From the NCBI GenBank assembly GCA_049437325.1, contig JBMTIM010000007.1, positions 10,818-74,817 of the forward strand: DNA of 64,000 nucleotides, written 5' to 3'. The stretch is from Acidimicrobiales bacterium. GTDB lineage: Bacteria > Actinomycetota > Acidimicrobiia > Acidimicrobiales > Aldehydirespiratoraceae. Under the pieces are notes generated by a model, which did no database searches, was not told where the DNA came from, and saw only the letters and a program-made list of their open reading frames with translations. Numbering within the stretch: the first letter of the stretch is position 1; each line of letters opens with the position of its first letter. Positions 47,433-57,181 of this stretch are shown one piece after another. The position numbers and the translations under genes are program-made.

Positions 47433-47584
47433 CAGCGAAGGTCGTCGCCTCGCAACTCGCGCCAACCACCGGTTTGCGGCGGCACACCGCCGCTCCCCCG
47501 CACCCGAACCGCTGCTGCGACTGCAATCCCAACCGTGATCGCGACGATGGTTCGGCGAATGACAGCGATGAAACCTGCGCCCAT
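47432..47584 (-). CDS. Candidate 50-aa single-TM protein, translationally coupled to the downstream gene
   Basis: Hand translation gives MGAGFIAVIRRTIVAITVGIAVAAAVRVRGSGGVPPQTGGWRELRGDDLR. Its stop overlaps the next ATG (TGATG). It falls below the track length cutoff. Confidence 0.3.
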   Translation of the reverse strand: MGAGFIAVIRRTIVAITVGIAVAAAVRVRGSGGVPPQTGGWRELRGDDLR

Positions 47585-47642
47585 GGACCCTCCCGATGAT
47601 TCGACACGGGCGCCGCCGGCGATGATGCCGGGGCACGAAGCG

Positions 47643-47716
<74 letters not shown>

Positions 47717-47731
47717 GTGCGGCCGCCAACG

Positions 47732-48568
47732 TTACCGGTCACCATCGGCATTGGCGACTTCGTCGTGGGCCTCGTCACCAATGTCAATGTCTGATTCGAT
47801 CCTGTTCTCAGCATCGAGCCTGTTCTCAGCATCGAGGTCGTCGTCGAAATCGCCCGCCTGGTCCATCACTGGCTCCTCCATCGTCTGGAGTGGCGGTTCG
47901 GGCATCGGGATGTGCACGGGACCAGGGATCGGTGCTGGTGGAACCGCTGCCGACGGTGAAGCACCTGTGATTCGCGACATGACCGTGCGGCGCGGGCGGA
48001 GGCGCTTTGGTCTGGGACGAGCTGTCTCTTCCTCGACGACCGTGAACCGAACGCCACCCGTCAGATCAGAGATCAGGTTGAACAGCACCGCCATCAGGAC
48101 CGTGAAACCCGAACCGGCAACCACAACGACCAGGCCTCCGATGGCACTCGCACGGAAGATCTGATCGGCGTTGAACGTGAAGCTTTCGAGAGCGAACAGT
48201 TCCGTGATGAAGGTCTCGACGTTGTCGACGGTGCCCGAACTCACGGCAAGGCTCCAGAGGATGACGCCGGCGATCAGGAGGATCACCCACAAACAGAAGG
48301 AGAAAATCAGCGCAACCTTCAAGACTGACCAGGGCTCGACGTGGCGAACCAGGCGCCGCACCTTCCGAGCGCGAAGCTTTCCCGCAGTGCGTCGATCCCG
48401 ATAGGAGGGGCGCTGGACGGGTTGCGGACCGACCGGGGTCAAGCCCGGAGCGCGCTGAGAAGCGCCTGGCGCAGCATCGCCAACACTGTCGAGATCATTC
48501 GGCAGCACAAGCTCTTCGCCTGTGGCGAGTTGAAACGTCGCGTCGTCGGGTTCGGGCAGGGTGCTCAT
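47732..48568 (-). CDS. DUF3566-family membrane protein (the conserved actinobacterial gene usually found downstream of gyrA)
   Basis: VRHVEPWSVLKVALIFSFCLWVILLIAGVILW...VLFNLISDLTGGVRFTVVEEE, with low-complexity acidic/Pro-rich termini. Confidence 0.7.
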   Translation of the reverse strand: MSTLPEPDDATFQLATGEELVLPNDLDSVGDAAPGASQRAPGLTPVGPQPVQRPSYRDRRTAGKLRARKVRRLVRHVEPWSVLKVALIFSFCLWVILLIAGVILWSLAVSSGTVDNVETFITELFALESFTFNADQIFRASAIGGLVVVVAGSGFTVLMAVLFNLISDLTGGVRFTVVEEETARPRPKRLRPRRTVMSRITGASPSAAVPPAPIPGPVHIPMPEPPLQTMEEPVMDQAGDFDDDLDAENRLDAENRIESDIDIGDEAHDEVANADGDR

Positions 48569-48609
48569 GGACTGTCAGGAGTGTACGGGATTGGACCGCT
48601 GCGCCTCTT

Positions 48610-49452
48610 TCACTCTGCGCTGGAGCGGCCCTCGAGCACTGCGGCGAGATGGCCACGCCACTCATCGATGTTCTTGTATGCGGCAACGTCGGTCGGCATG
48701 GTGCGCAACTCCTCCCCCAATCCGGCGTCGACGCTCTCCAGCACGTCGATCAGTGGCCACCGGTGCACTCGAATCGTGAAGACTGCGGCATCAGGATGGC
48801 CGACCAGACGTCGGATGGTCTGCCGTTCGACCCGCATCCAGAGTTCATCGATCGGGTCGATCACAGCGGTGGGAGCTTGGCGATCCTCTACCGGGAGCCG
48901 TAGGCGATCGTCGCCGACCAGTGACCAATTGGGGCGCCACACCAACGACCCGGGCCGAAGACGATCGAAAAATCGGTCGACAGTATCGGCAATGTCCTCG
49001 TAGCGAGGGACCGGATCGTGAACGGCTCGCAGACCGAGACCAATCTTGTCGGCGGGGCTCCAGCGAGTGGGGAAGCAGACCGCCGCTGCGGTCAGCCGCC
49101 ACCCCGATGCACCGCGCTCGAGGAGACAGAGGTCCTCCTGTACAGCGCGCGCCGACCATTCGAGTGGGTGCTGTGCAGCACGATCGGGAGGCAGTGGAAG
49201 TTCCCGCTCGGTGAGCTCATCTGCGACGAGATCGGCGATTTCGGCCGCAGGCTCCTCTGAACCAGGAACGAAGGCCAGCGCATCGGCTCGATGCTCGCGC
49301 AACACTCGGCGCTTCTCGGCAAGATACGTGCTGTACGCATCGTCGAACTGCAGCCACTCCTCGGGGGCCAACCCTCGGGTCGCGAGACGCCAACGAAACC
49401 CGCCCTTCGCGAACAGCGAAACCGGGATGACCTCGGTGAAGGTGTGCGGCAC
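48610..49452 (-). CDS. DUF3445-like protein (heme-dependent oxidative N-demethylase-related family)
   Basis: 280-aa ORF. The N-terminus FRWRLATRGLAPEEWLQFDDAY..YLAEKRRVL resembles DUF3445. Recognition only. Confidence 0.5.
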   Translation of the reverse strand: MPHTFTEVIPVSLFAKGGFRWRLATRGLAPEEWLQFDDAYSTYLAEKRRVLREHRADALAFVPGSEEPAAEIADLVADELTERELPLPPDRAAQHPLEWSARAVQEDLCLLERGASGWRLTAAAVCFPTRWSPADKIGLGLRAVHDPVPRYEDIADTVDRFFDRLRPGSLVWRPNWSLVGDDRLRLPVEDRQAPTAVIDPIDELWMRVERQTIRRLVGHPDAAVFTIRVHRWPLIDVLESVDAGLGEELRTMPTDVAAYKNIDEWRGHLAAVLEGRSSAE

Positions 49453-49467
49453 ACCGCCAGTTTGACC

Positions 49468-49800
49468 TCAGCTCGGCACCCAGCGCACCACCGCCACTGC
49501 ACGAGCACGCGCCCTCACGTCGCCCACGAGCACCAGCACCGTGACGGTCGAACCCACCTGTCGGTACTCGAGCAATGCTGCACCGTTGGCACTGGCGATC
49601 GTTCGCGCCTCTCGCTCGCCGGCGGCGGCGCCCGCCAGCGCCGCTGCATCGGCGGCAGTTCGGGCCCGAGCTGCATCGTCGAGTACTGGTGCCATCCGGA
49701 CCAACACGACGATCAGGCTCAACCCGATCATCCAGAGCAACATCATCCACGGCAGTGCTTGCCCAGCTTCGCCGTGCCAACACACGCGGCCCATCTCCAC
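49468..49800 (-). CDS. TadE-like small membrane protein (Rv3654c-like)
   Basis: A TM segment is followed by AAARARTAADAAALAGAAAG and then ANGAALLEYRQVGSTVTVLV, a pattern typical of that family. The start is uncertain. Confidence 0.4.
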   Translation of the reverse strand: MEMGRVCWHGEAGQALPWMMLLWMIGLSLIVVLVRMAPVLDDAARARTAADAAALAGAAAGEREARTIASANGAALLEYRQVGSTVTVLVLVGDVRARARAVAVVRWVPS

Positions 49801-49863
49801 TCTCCATCCTCCGGCTCACGCCGGTTGCGTCGAGGGGGAAGCGAGATGGGGCGATGACGCCGG

Positions 49864-52389
49864 TCAGTCAGCGGTGGGCTCGTCCTCCGTGGATCTGTCG
49901 GCACCGTCGTCGACGATCGCATCCTCAGCGCCGCTGACCAATGCGATCGAGGCCACCGAATCGTCTGCGTCGGGAGTGATGACCTTTACACCACTGGCTG
50001 CGCGACCCTGCCGGGAGATGTCAGCTGCAGTGGTTCGGATCAGGACACCCTTGCGAGTGACCGCCAGAATCTCGTCGTCGTCTTCCACGACAAGTGTGCC
50101 GACAACCGACCCCCGCCCCTCGACGATCTTGATGCCGACCACACCCATTCCACCTCGACCCTTTGTCGGATAGCCGTCGACGTCGGTCCGCTTGCCGAAT
50201 CCCTGTTCGGTGATGTGGAGCAGGGAGGCGCCGTCTCGCGCAATGTCGCACGCAACCACAGCATCGCTCGGCTTCTTGAATTTGAGACCCACGACGCCCG
50301 CTGCATTGCGGCCCATTTCACGGACCTGATCTTCTCTGAAACGGATGGTTTGACCGAACCGACTCGACAGCAGGATGTCGTACACGCCGTTGGTCGGGAT
50401 GACTTCCACCAGTTCGTCGTCGTCGTTCAGTTTGATCGCGATCAAGCCGGCGCGCAGCGACGAGTCGTAGGCGTTGAAGCGGGTCTTCTTGACGCGACCC
50501 TTGGCCGTCGCAAAGAAGAGGTATCGCTTCGTCTCGTAGTCGCGAGTGTCGATGATTGCTTGAATCGTTTCACCTTCGTGCAGTGGGAGCAGGTTGACGA
50601 TCGCCGTGCCTCGCGACGTTCGACTCGCAACCGGTATCTCGTGTGCCTTCAGGCGATAGACCCGCCCACGGGTCGAGAAGAACAACAGATAGCTGTGGGC
50701 GGTGGTTTGGATCAGATGGGTGACGGTGTCCTCGTCTTTGAGTTTGGTCCCTGCGATACCGCGACCCCCGCGGCCCTGCGACCGGAACTCATCTGCCGGT
50801 GTGGTCTTCACATAGCCAGTCGCCGTCATCGTGAACACCAACGGGTCGTCGTCGATGAGGTCCTCGATATTGAACTCGCCTGGATCGATCTCGAGACTCG
50901 AACGCCGATCCTCCCCGAAGTCATCAGCGATCGCTTGGAGTTCCTCGGTGATGACGGAGCGGAGTCTGGCGTCGTCGCCGAGGATCGCTTCGAGTTCACC
51001 AATGGTCTCACGAAGTTTCCCGGCCTCCTCCTCGAGGTCCGTGCGACCAAGCCGGGTCAAGCGGCCGAGTTGCATGTCGAGGATGTGGTTGGCCTGCACT
51101 TCGGAGAAGGCAACGGCTTCGCCCCCACCCGCTGGAACGATGCCGGCCATGAGCGCCTCTCTGGCGGCTCCCCGATCTTCGCTCGACCGAATCGTCGCGA
51201 TGATCTCGTCGATCAGGTCGAGTGCATTCAACAGCCCCTCGACGATGTGAAGTCGCTTCTGGGCCTGATCCAGACGATATTCCGACCGGCGGGTGACAAC
51301 TTCGATCTGATGATCGACGTAGGCCACCAGCGCGTCGCGCAACGTGAGTGTGCGAGGTACGCCACCAACCAGAGCGACCATGTTCACCCCGAAGCTCGTT
51401 TGGAGTGGCGTCGCTTTCCAGAGATTGTTCAGCACCACTTCCGGATTGGCATCGCGTTTGAGGGTGATCACGAATCGCGTGTCATCGCCGGACGACTCGT
51501 CATTGACATCGGCGATCCCGTCGAGTTCGCGGCTGTTGACCAATTCGGAGATCTTGCGGGCCACAGCCCCTGCCGACACCTGGTACGGGAAGGCGGTGAC
51601 CACCAATGCTTGCCGTTGACCTCGCTCGACCACATCGACCGACGCTCGCATTTTCACCGATCCGCGTCCGGTTCGATAGGCCGATTCGATGCCGACGCGG
51701 CCGAGAATCTGACCACCGGTCGGAAAGTCGGGTCCCTTGACGAACTCCATGAGTTCCTCTGTTGTTGCGTCGGGATTGGCGAGCAAGTGGGTGACGGCCG
51801 CACACACCTCGTTGAGATTGTGGGGCGGGATGTTGGTGGCCATACCCACCGCAATGCCCTGACTGCCGTTGACCAACAGGTTTGGAAAGCGAGCAGGCAA
51901 CACCGCTGGTTCGGTGAAGTCGCCCGAATAGTTGTCGATGAAATCGACCGTGTCTTCATCGATGTCGGCCAGCATCTGCATCGCTAGCCGGTCGAGTCGG
52001 GATTCGGTGTAACGCGCAGCAGCCGGAGGATCTTCGGGAGATCCGTAGTTTCCGTGAAAGTCGATCAGCGGATGGCGCAAGGAGAAGGGTTGAGCCATCC
52101 GAGCCAGTGCGTCGTAGATCGCACTGTCGCCGTGGGGATGGAAGCGTGCCATCACGTCGCCGGTGACACGGGCACATTTCACATGGGCTCGATCAGGGCG
52201 AAAGCCTTGGTCGTACATCGACCACAGAATGCGGCGGTGGACCGGTTTCAGGCCGTCACGAGCATCCGGAAGCGCGCGGCTGATGATGACCGACATTGCG
52301 TAGTCGAGAAAGGAGCTTTCCATCTCCTCTTGGATCTCGATGATCGTGACATCTTCAGGTTGTGTGTCTTCGACGGGTGTGTCTGACAT
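49864..52389 (-). CDS. gyrA: DNA gyrase subunit A
   Basis: 841 aa. It contains [12 protein letters not shown], the [10 protein letters not shown] active-site Tyr region and a C-terminal beta-pinwheel. Confidence 0.97.
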   Translation of the reverse strand: MSDTPVEDTQPEDVTIIEIQEEMESSFLDYAMSVIISRALPDARDGLKPVHRRILWSMYDQGFRPDRAHVKCARVTGDVMARFHPHGDSAIYDALARMAQPFSLRHPLIDFHGNYGSPEDPPAAARYTESRLDRLAMQMLADIDEDTVDFIDNYSGDFTEPAVLPARFPNLLVNGSQGIAVGMATNIPPHNLNEVCAAVTHLLANPDATTEELMEFVKGPDFPTGGQILGRVGIESAYRTGRGSVKMRASVDVVERGQRQALVVTAFPYQVSAGAVARKISELVNSRELDGIADVNDESSGDDTRFVITLKRDANPEVVLNNLWKATPLQTSFGVNMVALVGGVPRTLTLRDALVAYVDHQIEVVTRRSEYRLDQAQKRLHIVEGLLNALDLIDEIIATIRSSEDRGAAREALMAGIVPAGGGEAVAFSEVQANHILDMQLGRLTRLGRTDLEEEAGKLRETIGELEAILGDDARLRSVITEELQAIADDFGEDRRSSLEIDPGEFNIEDLIDDDPLVFTMTATGYVKTTPADEFRSQGRGGRGIAGTKLKDEDTVTHLIQTTAHSYLLFFSTRGRVYRLKAHEIPVASRTSRGTAIVNLLPLHEGETIQAIIDTRDYETKRYLFFATAKGRVKKTRFNAYDSSLRAGLIAIKLNDDDELVEVIPTNGVYDILLSSRFGQTIRFREDQVREMGRNAAGVVGLKFKKPSDAVVACDIARDGASLLHITEQGFGKRTDVDGYPTKGRGGMGVVGIKIVEGRGSVVGTLVVEDDDEILAVTRKGVLIRTTAADISRQGRAASGVKVITPDADDSVASIALVSGAEDAIVDDGADRSTEDEPTAD

Positions 52390-52440
52390 CTCTGTGCGTG
52401 TACCTCTCTGCGCCGGTGTCGCCGGTTGGTGAGACCTCGA

Positions 52441-54498
52441 CTAGAAGTCCAAGTTCCGAACTTCGCGAGCATTGGTGACGATGAAGTTCTTGCGCTGCTC
52501 GACGTCGTCACCCATGAGAATCGACATGATCTCATCGGCGATCGCGGCCTGTTCGACCGACACCTGCAAGAGCGACCGAGTCGCAACGTCCATCGTGGTG
52601 TCGCGCAACTCGTCCCAGTCCATTTCACCCAAACCCTTCAAGCGGGCGAAGTCCTTCGTGTAATTGGGCCGTTCAGCCAGGAAGGCTTCCTTGGCCACGT
52701 CGTCTTTGAGGTACACCGTCTCTTTGTTGGAGACCTTCGTGCTGTACAGGGGTGGCTGGGCGATGTAGACGTAGCCCGCCTCGACCAGAGGACGCATCTG
52801 ACGGAAGAAGAAGGTCAGCAGCAGGGTACGAATGTGGCTGCCGTCGACGTCGGCGTCAGCGAGCAGGATGACCTTGTGGTAGCGAGCCTGTGTGATGTCG
52901 AACTCGTCGGCAAACCCGGCTCCGATGGCCGTGATGAGGGTCTGCACCTCGTTGTTTTTCAGCATCTTGTCGATACGGGCTCGTTCGACGTTCAGGATCT
53001 TGCCGCGAATCGGCAGGATCGCCTGGGTTTCAGGATCTCGAGCCCGCACGGCGGAGCCACCGGCCGAGTCCCCCTCCACAATGAAGAGTTCCCGCCGCTC
53101 GGGTTCCTTGGCCGAACAATCCTTGAGTTTGTCGGGCATCCCGGCACCATCGAGCAGGGACTTCGATCGGATCGCCTTTCGAGCATCGGCGGCAGCGACT
53201 CGGGCACGGGCTGCGTTCGTTGCTTTTGTGACGATCGCCTTGCCCTCCCCCGGATGCTCCTCGAGCCAATCCGCCATTCGCTCGTTGGTGACCTTCTCGA
53301 CGAGCGATCGCATCGACACGTTTCCAAGTTTGGATTTGGTCTGACCTTCGAACTGGGGTTCGCCGATGCGGGCGGAAATGATCGCAGTAAGTCCTTCCCG
53401 AATGTCTTCACCGGTGAGGTTGTCGTCTTTTTCTTTGAGCAGCCCTTTGTCTCGGGCGTAGGCGTTCACCGTGCGGGTGACCGCAGTACGAAATCCCTGC
53501 TCGTGCATACCACCTTCGAGCGTGGCGATGCCGTTGGCGAAACTGTGCAGTCCGTCGGTGTTGAACCCGGTGTTCCACTGGAACGCAATCTCGACCTCGT
53601 GTGGGTTGTTGTCGATCTGCTCGGTGCCCGAGAAATAGCCCACCGCGGTGAACAGCGCTTCTTTGGACGAGTTCACATGACGAACGAAGTCGATGATGCC
53701 CCCGTCATATTTGAACGTCACCCATCCGTCAGGATCGTCGGTGACGACGGTGGAACTCTCCCGGAGATCGCGCACCCGTATCTCGAGTCCGCGGTTGAGG
53801 AACGCCATCATCTGGAACCGTTCGACAAGCGTCTGGAACCGAAAGTCGATCTCGTCGAAAATCAGTGGATCTGGCCAGAAACGAACGGTGGTACCGGTGC
53901 GAGGCTCTCCTGCGTCGCTGCGGGGTGATGCACCGATGACTGCCAGGCGCTCCTGCAGTTCGCCGCCATTGCCGAACACCATCGCGTGTCGATCACCGTT
54001 GCGATCGATCTCGACCTGGACCCGGCGAGACAGGGCATTGACGACAGAGATTCCGACCCCGTGCAGGCCACCGGAGACCTTGTAGCCGTCACCACCGAAC
54101 TTGCCGCCGGCGTGAAGAACGGTGAGCACCACCTCGGCAGCGGACAGGTCTTCGTATTTTGGGTGCCTGTCGACCGGGATACCACGGCCGTCGTCGCTGA
54201 CCTCACACGAGCCATCGGCCAGAATCGATACGTCGATACGGGTGCAGTGACCAGCCATGGCCTCATCCACCGAGTTGTCGACGACCTCCCAGACGAGATG
54301 ATGCAACCCCGTCGGACCAGTCGATCCGATGTACATCCCAGGTCGTTTTCTGACCGCTTCGAGACCCTCGAGAACGGTGATGTCCTGTGCTCCGTACGAC
54401 GATGATTCAGTGGTGGTCAACGCGGACTCCTGCCCAGCCGCTGCATGTCCCATCTCCGATGATCGATCAGCGGGATCTCGGTCATCGTCGTCGCTCAC
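52441..54498 (-). CDS. gyrB: DNA gyrase subunit B
   Basis: 685 aa with a GTG start 8 nt after GGAG. It contains GLHHLVWEVVDNSVDE, LHGVG, EGDSAGG and PLRGKILNVE-type motifs. Confidence 0.97.
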   Translation of the reverse strand: MSDDDDRDPADRSSEMGHAAAGQESALTTTESSSYGAQDITVLEGLEAVRKRPGMYIGSTGPTGLHHLVWEVVDNSVDEAMAGHCTRIDVSILADGSCEVSDDGRGIPVDRHPKYEDLSAAEVVLTVLHAGGKFGGDGYKVSGGLHGVGISVVNALSRRVQVEIDRNGDRHAMVFGNGGELQERLAVIGASPRSDAGEPRTGTTVRFWPDPLIFDEIDFRFQTLVERFQMMAFLNRGLEIRVRDLRESSTVVTDDPDGWVTFKYDGGIIDFVRHVNSSKEALFTAVGYFSGTEQIDNNPHEVEIAFQWNTGFNTDGLHSFANGIATLEGGMHEQGFRTAVTRTVNAYARDKGLLKEKDDNLTGEDIREGLTAIISARIGEPQFEGQTKSKLGNVSMRSLVEKVTNERMADWLEEHPGEGKAIVTKATNAARARVAAADARKAIRSKSLLDGAGMPDKLKDCSAKEPERRELFIVEGDSAGGSAVRARDPETQAILPIRGKILNVERARIDKMLKNNEVQTLITAIGAGFADEFDITQARYHKVILLADADVDGSHIRTLLLTFFFRQMRPLVEAGYVYIAQPPLYSTKVSNKETVYLKDDVAKEAFLAERPNYTKDFARLKGLGEMDWDELRDTTMDVATRSLLQVSVEQAAIADEIMSILMGDDVEQRKNFIVTNAREVRNLDF

Positions 54499-54702
54499 GG
54501 TTCATCTCCAAAACCCCTCTGTGAGCAGGCAAAATCGAGGGTTTCAGGGGTTCTCGGCGCCCGTGTCGAGCGCTGGTCGAGAGGGCCGTTCACGGTCCTG
54601 ACATTCTACCAGTTACACGGGTGTGATTCGTGTCAGACGAGGCCCGTGATTCCGGCTTGCAGACCCGGGTTTTAGGGTCGTCTCGGTGACCCTGAAACCC
54701 GG
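54499..54702 (-). promoter_or_regulatory. gyrB leader carrying four copies of a GGGUUU(Y)AGGG-type element that can form alternative stems
   Basis: Forward-strand copies: CCAAAACCCC 54508-54517, GGGTTTCAGGGG 54538-54549, GGGTTTTAGGGT 54667-54678 and ACCCTGAAACCC 54689-54700. A 15-bp hairpin (54665-54702, one mismatch) spans the upstream stop codon. Confidence 0.4.
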
Positions 54703-54992
54703 ACGTGAACGCTGGTGATCCGCTCCGATCCAGTTGTCTCGGCCAGGCGTTCGAGGACCTGTTTCTCGAGCCACCGGAACTCGTTGGCCCACACCGAGTC
54801 GTCGGCCGCCACCACCAGCCGAGCCCCCTCGATCACGGCGGGCCGCGTGTGTCGGGCTAGATCGGGACCAACAATGGAACTCCAGCCCCGGAAGATCCCG
54901 TCGAGCACATCCACCGACGGCGCGTCGAGATTCCCGAGTAGATGATCGAGACTCGTTGCAATCGGACGTGGGTCGCTGTCTCGTCGAGTCAT
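54672..54992 (-). CDS. DUF721-family protein (DciA-like)
   Basis: 106 aa at the conserved position between recF and gyrB, with a 4-nt overlap with recF. The sequence pattern is LLGNL...WSSIVGPDLARHTRPAVIEGARLVVAADDSVWANEFRW. Confidence 0.75.
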   Translation of the reverse strand: MTRRDSDPRPIATSLDHLLGNLDAPSVDVLDGIFRGWSSIVGPDLARHTRPAVIEGARLVVAADDSVWANEFRWLEKQVLERLAETTGSERITSVHVRVSGSPRRP

Positions 54993-56074
54993 GGAACGAC
55001 CGATGTCACGTCACCACGGTGAACGCGGATCACCTGGTCGGGCTGAGCCCCCGGCGGAAGTTCGGCCGCCGTCGTGAGGATGTGTTGCCCGGCTGGGAGC
55101 GCTTCGAGGAGTGCGGCAGCACGATTCGGATCCAGCTCGGAAAACACGTCATCGAGCAGCAGCACCGGTTCAGCGATGCCCGCAGCTCGGACGATGCCGT
55201 CAGCCGCGAGCCGCAGAGCGAGCGCAAGCGAACGCTGCTCGCCCTGCGATGCATGTGTCCTGGCCGGGAGTCCACCAATGCACAGCAGCACGTCATCTCG
55301 GTGAGGGCCAACCGACGTGATTCCGCGCCGCACATCACTGTCGCGAGCTCGTACGAGTGCGTCAGCGAGCGATCCGTCCCACGACGACTGATAGACCGCA
55401 CTGACGTCTGCTGATTCACGCGACACAGCGTCATAGGCGCTTCCGAGCGTCGTCGCCATCTCGGCCAGCAGCTCGGTTCGTGCTGCCAGCAGGCGGTCGC
55501 CCAACTCCGCAAGTTTGGTGTCCCACACATCGAGGGTGAAGGCAGCATCCGCATCGAGGCGCCCATGTACGCCTCGCAGCAATGCATTGCGCTGTTTCAG
55601 AACCCGTTCGACATCACCCCTGAGCGAACGGTTTCTGGGCTGACGGGCAGCAACAGCGGCGTCCAGCCATCCTCTGCGCATCGTCGGACCACCCTTCACC
55701 AGTTCGAGGTCATCCGGTGAGAACACCGTTGTGTGCAACACGCTCGCAAGATCGCTCATCCGCTGCACTCGTTGTCGATTGACCTGCACCCTGTTTCGTC
55801 CTGCTCGCTGGACTGCTGCTTCGATCAGTTGCTCTCGCCCGTCGTCGGCTTCGACCGTTGCACGCGCAATCGCAGTGTCAGCTCCAACGCGGATCAATGC
55901 GTCGTCGACCGCACCGCGAAAGCTCCCGAGTCCTGCCAACCATCCGATGGCCTCGATCAAGTTGGTCTTTCCGTGTCCGTTTTCGCCAATGATCGCGGTG
56001 AGTCCATCGCAAAACGAGACGTTCGCCTGTTCGTACGACCGCCAGTCGACGAGCGACAGCGTTCGGATCTTCAC
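54989..56074 (-). CDS. recF: DNA replication/repair protein RecF
   Basis: 361 aa with Walker A GENGHGKTNLIEAI and the ABC-type signature SQGEQRSLALALRLA. Confidence 0.95.
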   Translation of the reverse strand: MKIRTLSLVDWRSYEQANVSFCDGLTAIIGENGHGKTNLIEAIGWLAGLGSFRGAVDDALIRVGADTAIARATVEADDGREQLIEAAVQRAGRNRVQVNRQRVQRMSDLASVLHTTVFSPDDLELVKGGPTMRRGWLDAAVAARQPRNRSLRGDVERVLKQRNALLRGVHGRLDADAAFTLDVWDTKLAELGDRLLAARTELLAEMATTLGSAYDAVSRESADVSAVYQSSWDGSLADALVRARDSDVRRGITSVGPHRDDVLLCIGGLPARTHASQGEQRSLALALRLAADGIVRAAGIAEPVLLLDDVFSELDPNRAAALLEALPAGQHILTTAAELPPGAQPDQVIRVHRGDVTSVVP

Positions 56075-56080
56075 CGAGGC

Positions 56081-57181
56081 TCAGCTGACCCGAACTGGCA
56101 TCAGCAGATACAGAAAGGCCGGGTCATCAGCTGACTTGAGCAAGGCTGGTTTCAACTCATCGACCGTTTCGAGTGTTATTTCGTCACCCGGTGCCACTTC
56201 GATACCGTCGATCAGATATTCCGGGTTGAACGCAACGGTCAGGTCTTCACCGTGGTACGTCGCCTCGACCGATTCGTGCGCTTGCCCCACGTCTTGCGTC
56301 ACGGCGACCAGCTCCAGACCAGTCGCTGACATTGCGAGTCGAACGGGCGTGGACTCCTGGGCCAGGAGCCGAACTCGGCGCACAGCATCGAGCAGGGCAT
56401 CGCGGCTGACCGTGAGCGTGTTCGGATGATTGCTCGGAATCAGCCCTCGATAGTTCGGGAAGTCACCCTCGATCAATCGGGTGGTGATGCTCACCGAGCC
56501 GACATCGAACGATGCATCTCGCTCGCCCAGCCGCAGCGTGATCGTTTCGGCTTCACCCACCACCCTGGACAGCTCCTTGAGTGCCCGGCTCGGAACGAGC
56601 ACCTTCTGTCCCTCTCCGAGAATCGCTGTGCCATCGAGATCTCGCACCGACAGCCGGTATGAATCCGTCGAGACAAGGCGAAGTCCCTGCTCCTCAGCAG
56701 CCATCAACACACCGGTGAGAATCGGCCGGGCGTCATCGCTCGAGGCAGCTTTCTCGACCTGGTCGATTGCGGCACAAAACGCCCTTGCATCGAGGGTGAC
56801 TGCGTCACCGTCCGCTGCGGAGAGTTCGGGAAACTCGTCTGCGGGAATGACTCGTATCGAAAACTCGGCGGGCGCCTGTACGACTCGAGCATCGTCGTCT
56901 TCGATCGAGAGATCGACCGCACCCGGGCGCAACGACCTGACCACATCCGAGATCAGTTTCGACGGAAGCACTGCGACACCATCTTCAGCGCCGGCAACCT
57001 CGACATCGACCGTGATCGTGAGATCGAGATCGCTCCCGGTGACCGTCAGGTGATCTCCGATCAACTCCAGTCGCACACCTGCCAGTACGGGAAGCGCGCC
57101 GCCACGAGTCGTCACGGCTCGGCCGGCAGCTCCGAGCGCCTCTACGAGCGTGTCTCGTTCACAACGGAACCTCAGGCTCAT
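56081..57181 (-). CDS. dnaN: DNA polymerase III beta sliding clamp
   Basis: Track ORF trimmed to the ATG at 57181 (MSLRFRCERDTLVEALGAAGRAV...), preceded by AGGAG. 366 aa. Confidence 0.95.
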   Translation of the reverse strand: MSLRFRCERDTLVEALGAAGRAVTTRGGALPVLAGVRLELIGDHLTVTGSDLDLTITVDVEVAGAEDGVAVLPSKLISDVVRSLRPGAVDLSIEDDDARVVQAPAEFSIRVIPADEFPELSAADGDAVTLDARAFCAAIDQVEKAASSDDARPILTGVLMAAEEQGLRLVSTDSYRLSVRDLDGTAILGEGQKVLVPSRALKELSRVVGEAETITLRLGERDASFDVGSVSITTRLIEGDFPNYRGLIPSNHPNTLTVSRDALLDAVRRVRLLAQESTPVRLAMSATGLELVAVTQDVGQAHESVEATYHGEDLTVAFNPEYLIDGIEVAPGDEITLETVDELKPALLKSADDPAFLYLLMPVRVS

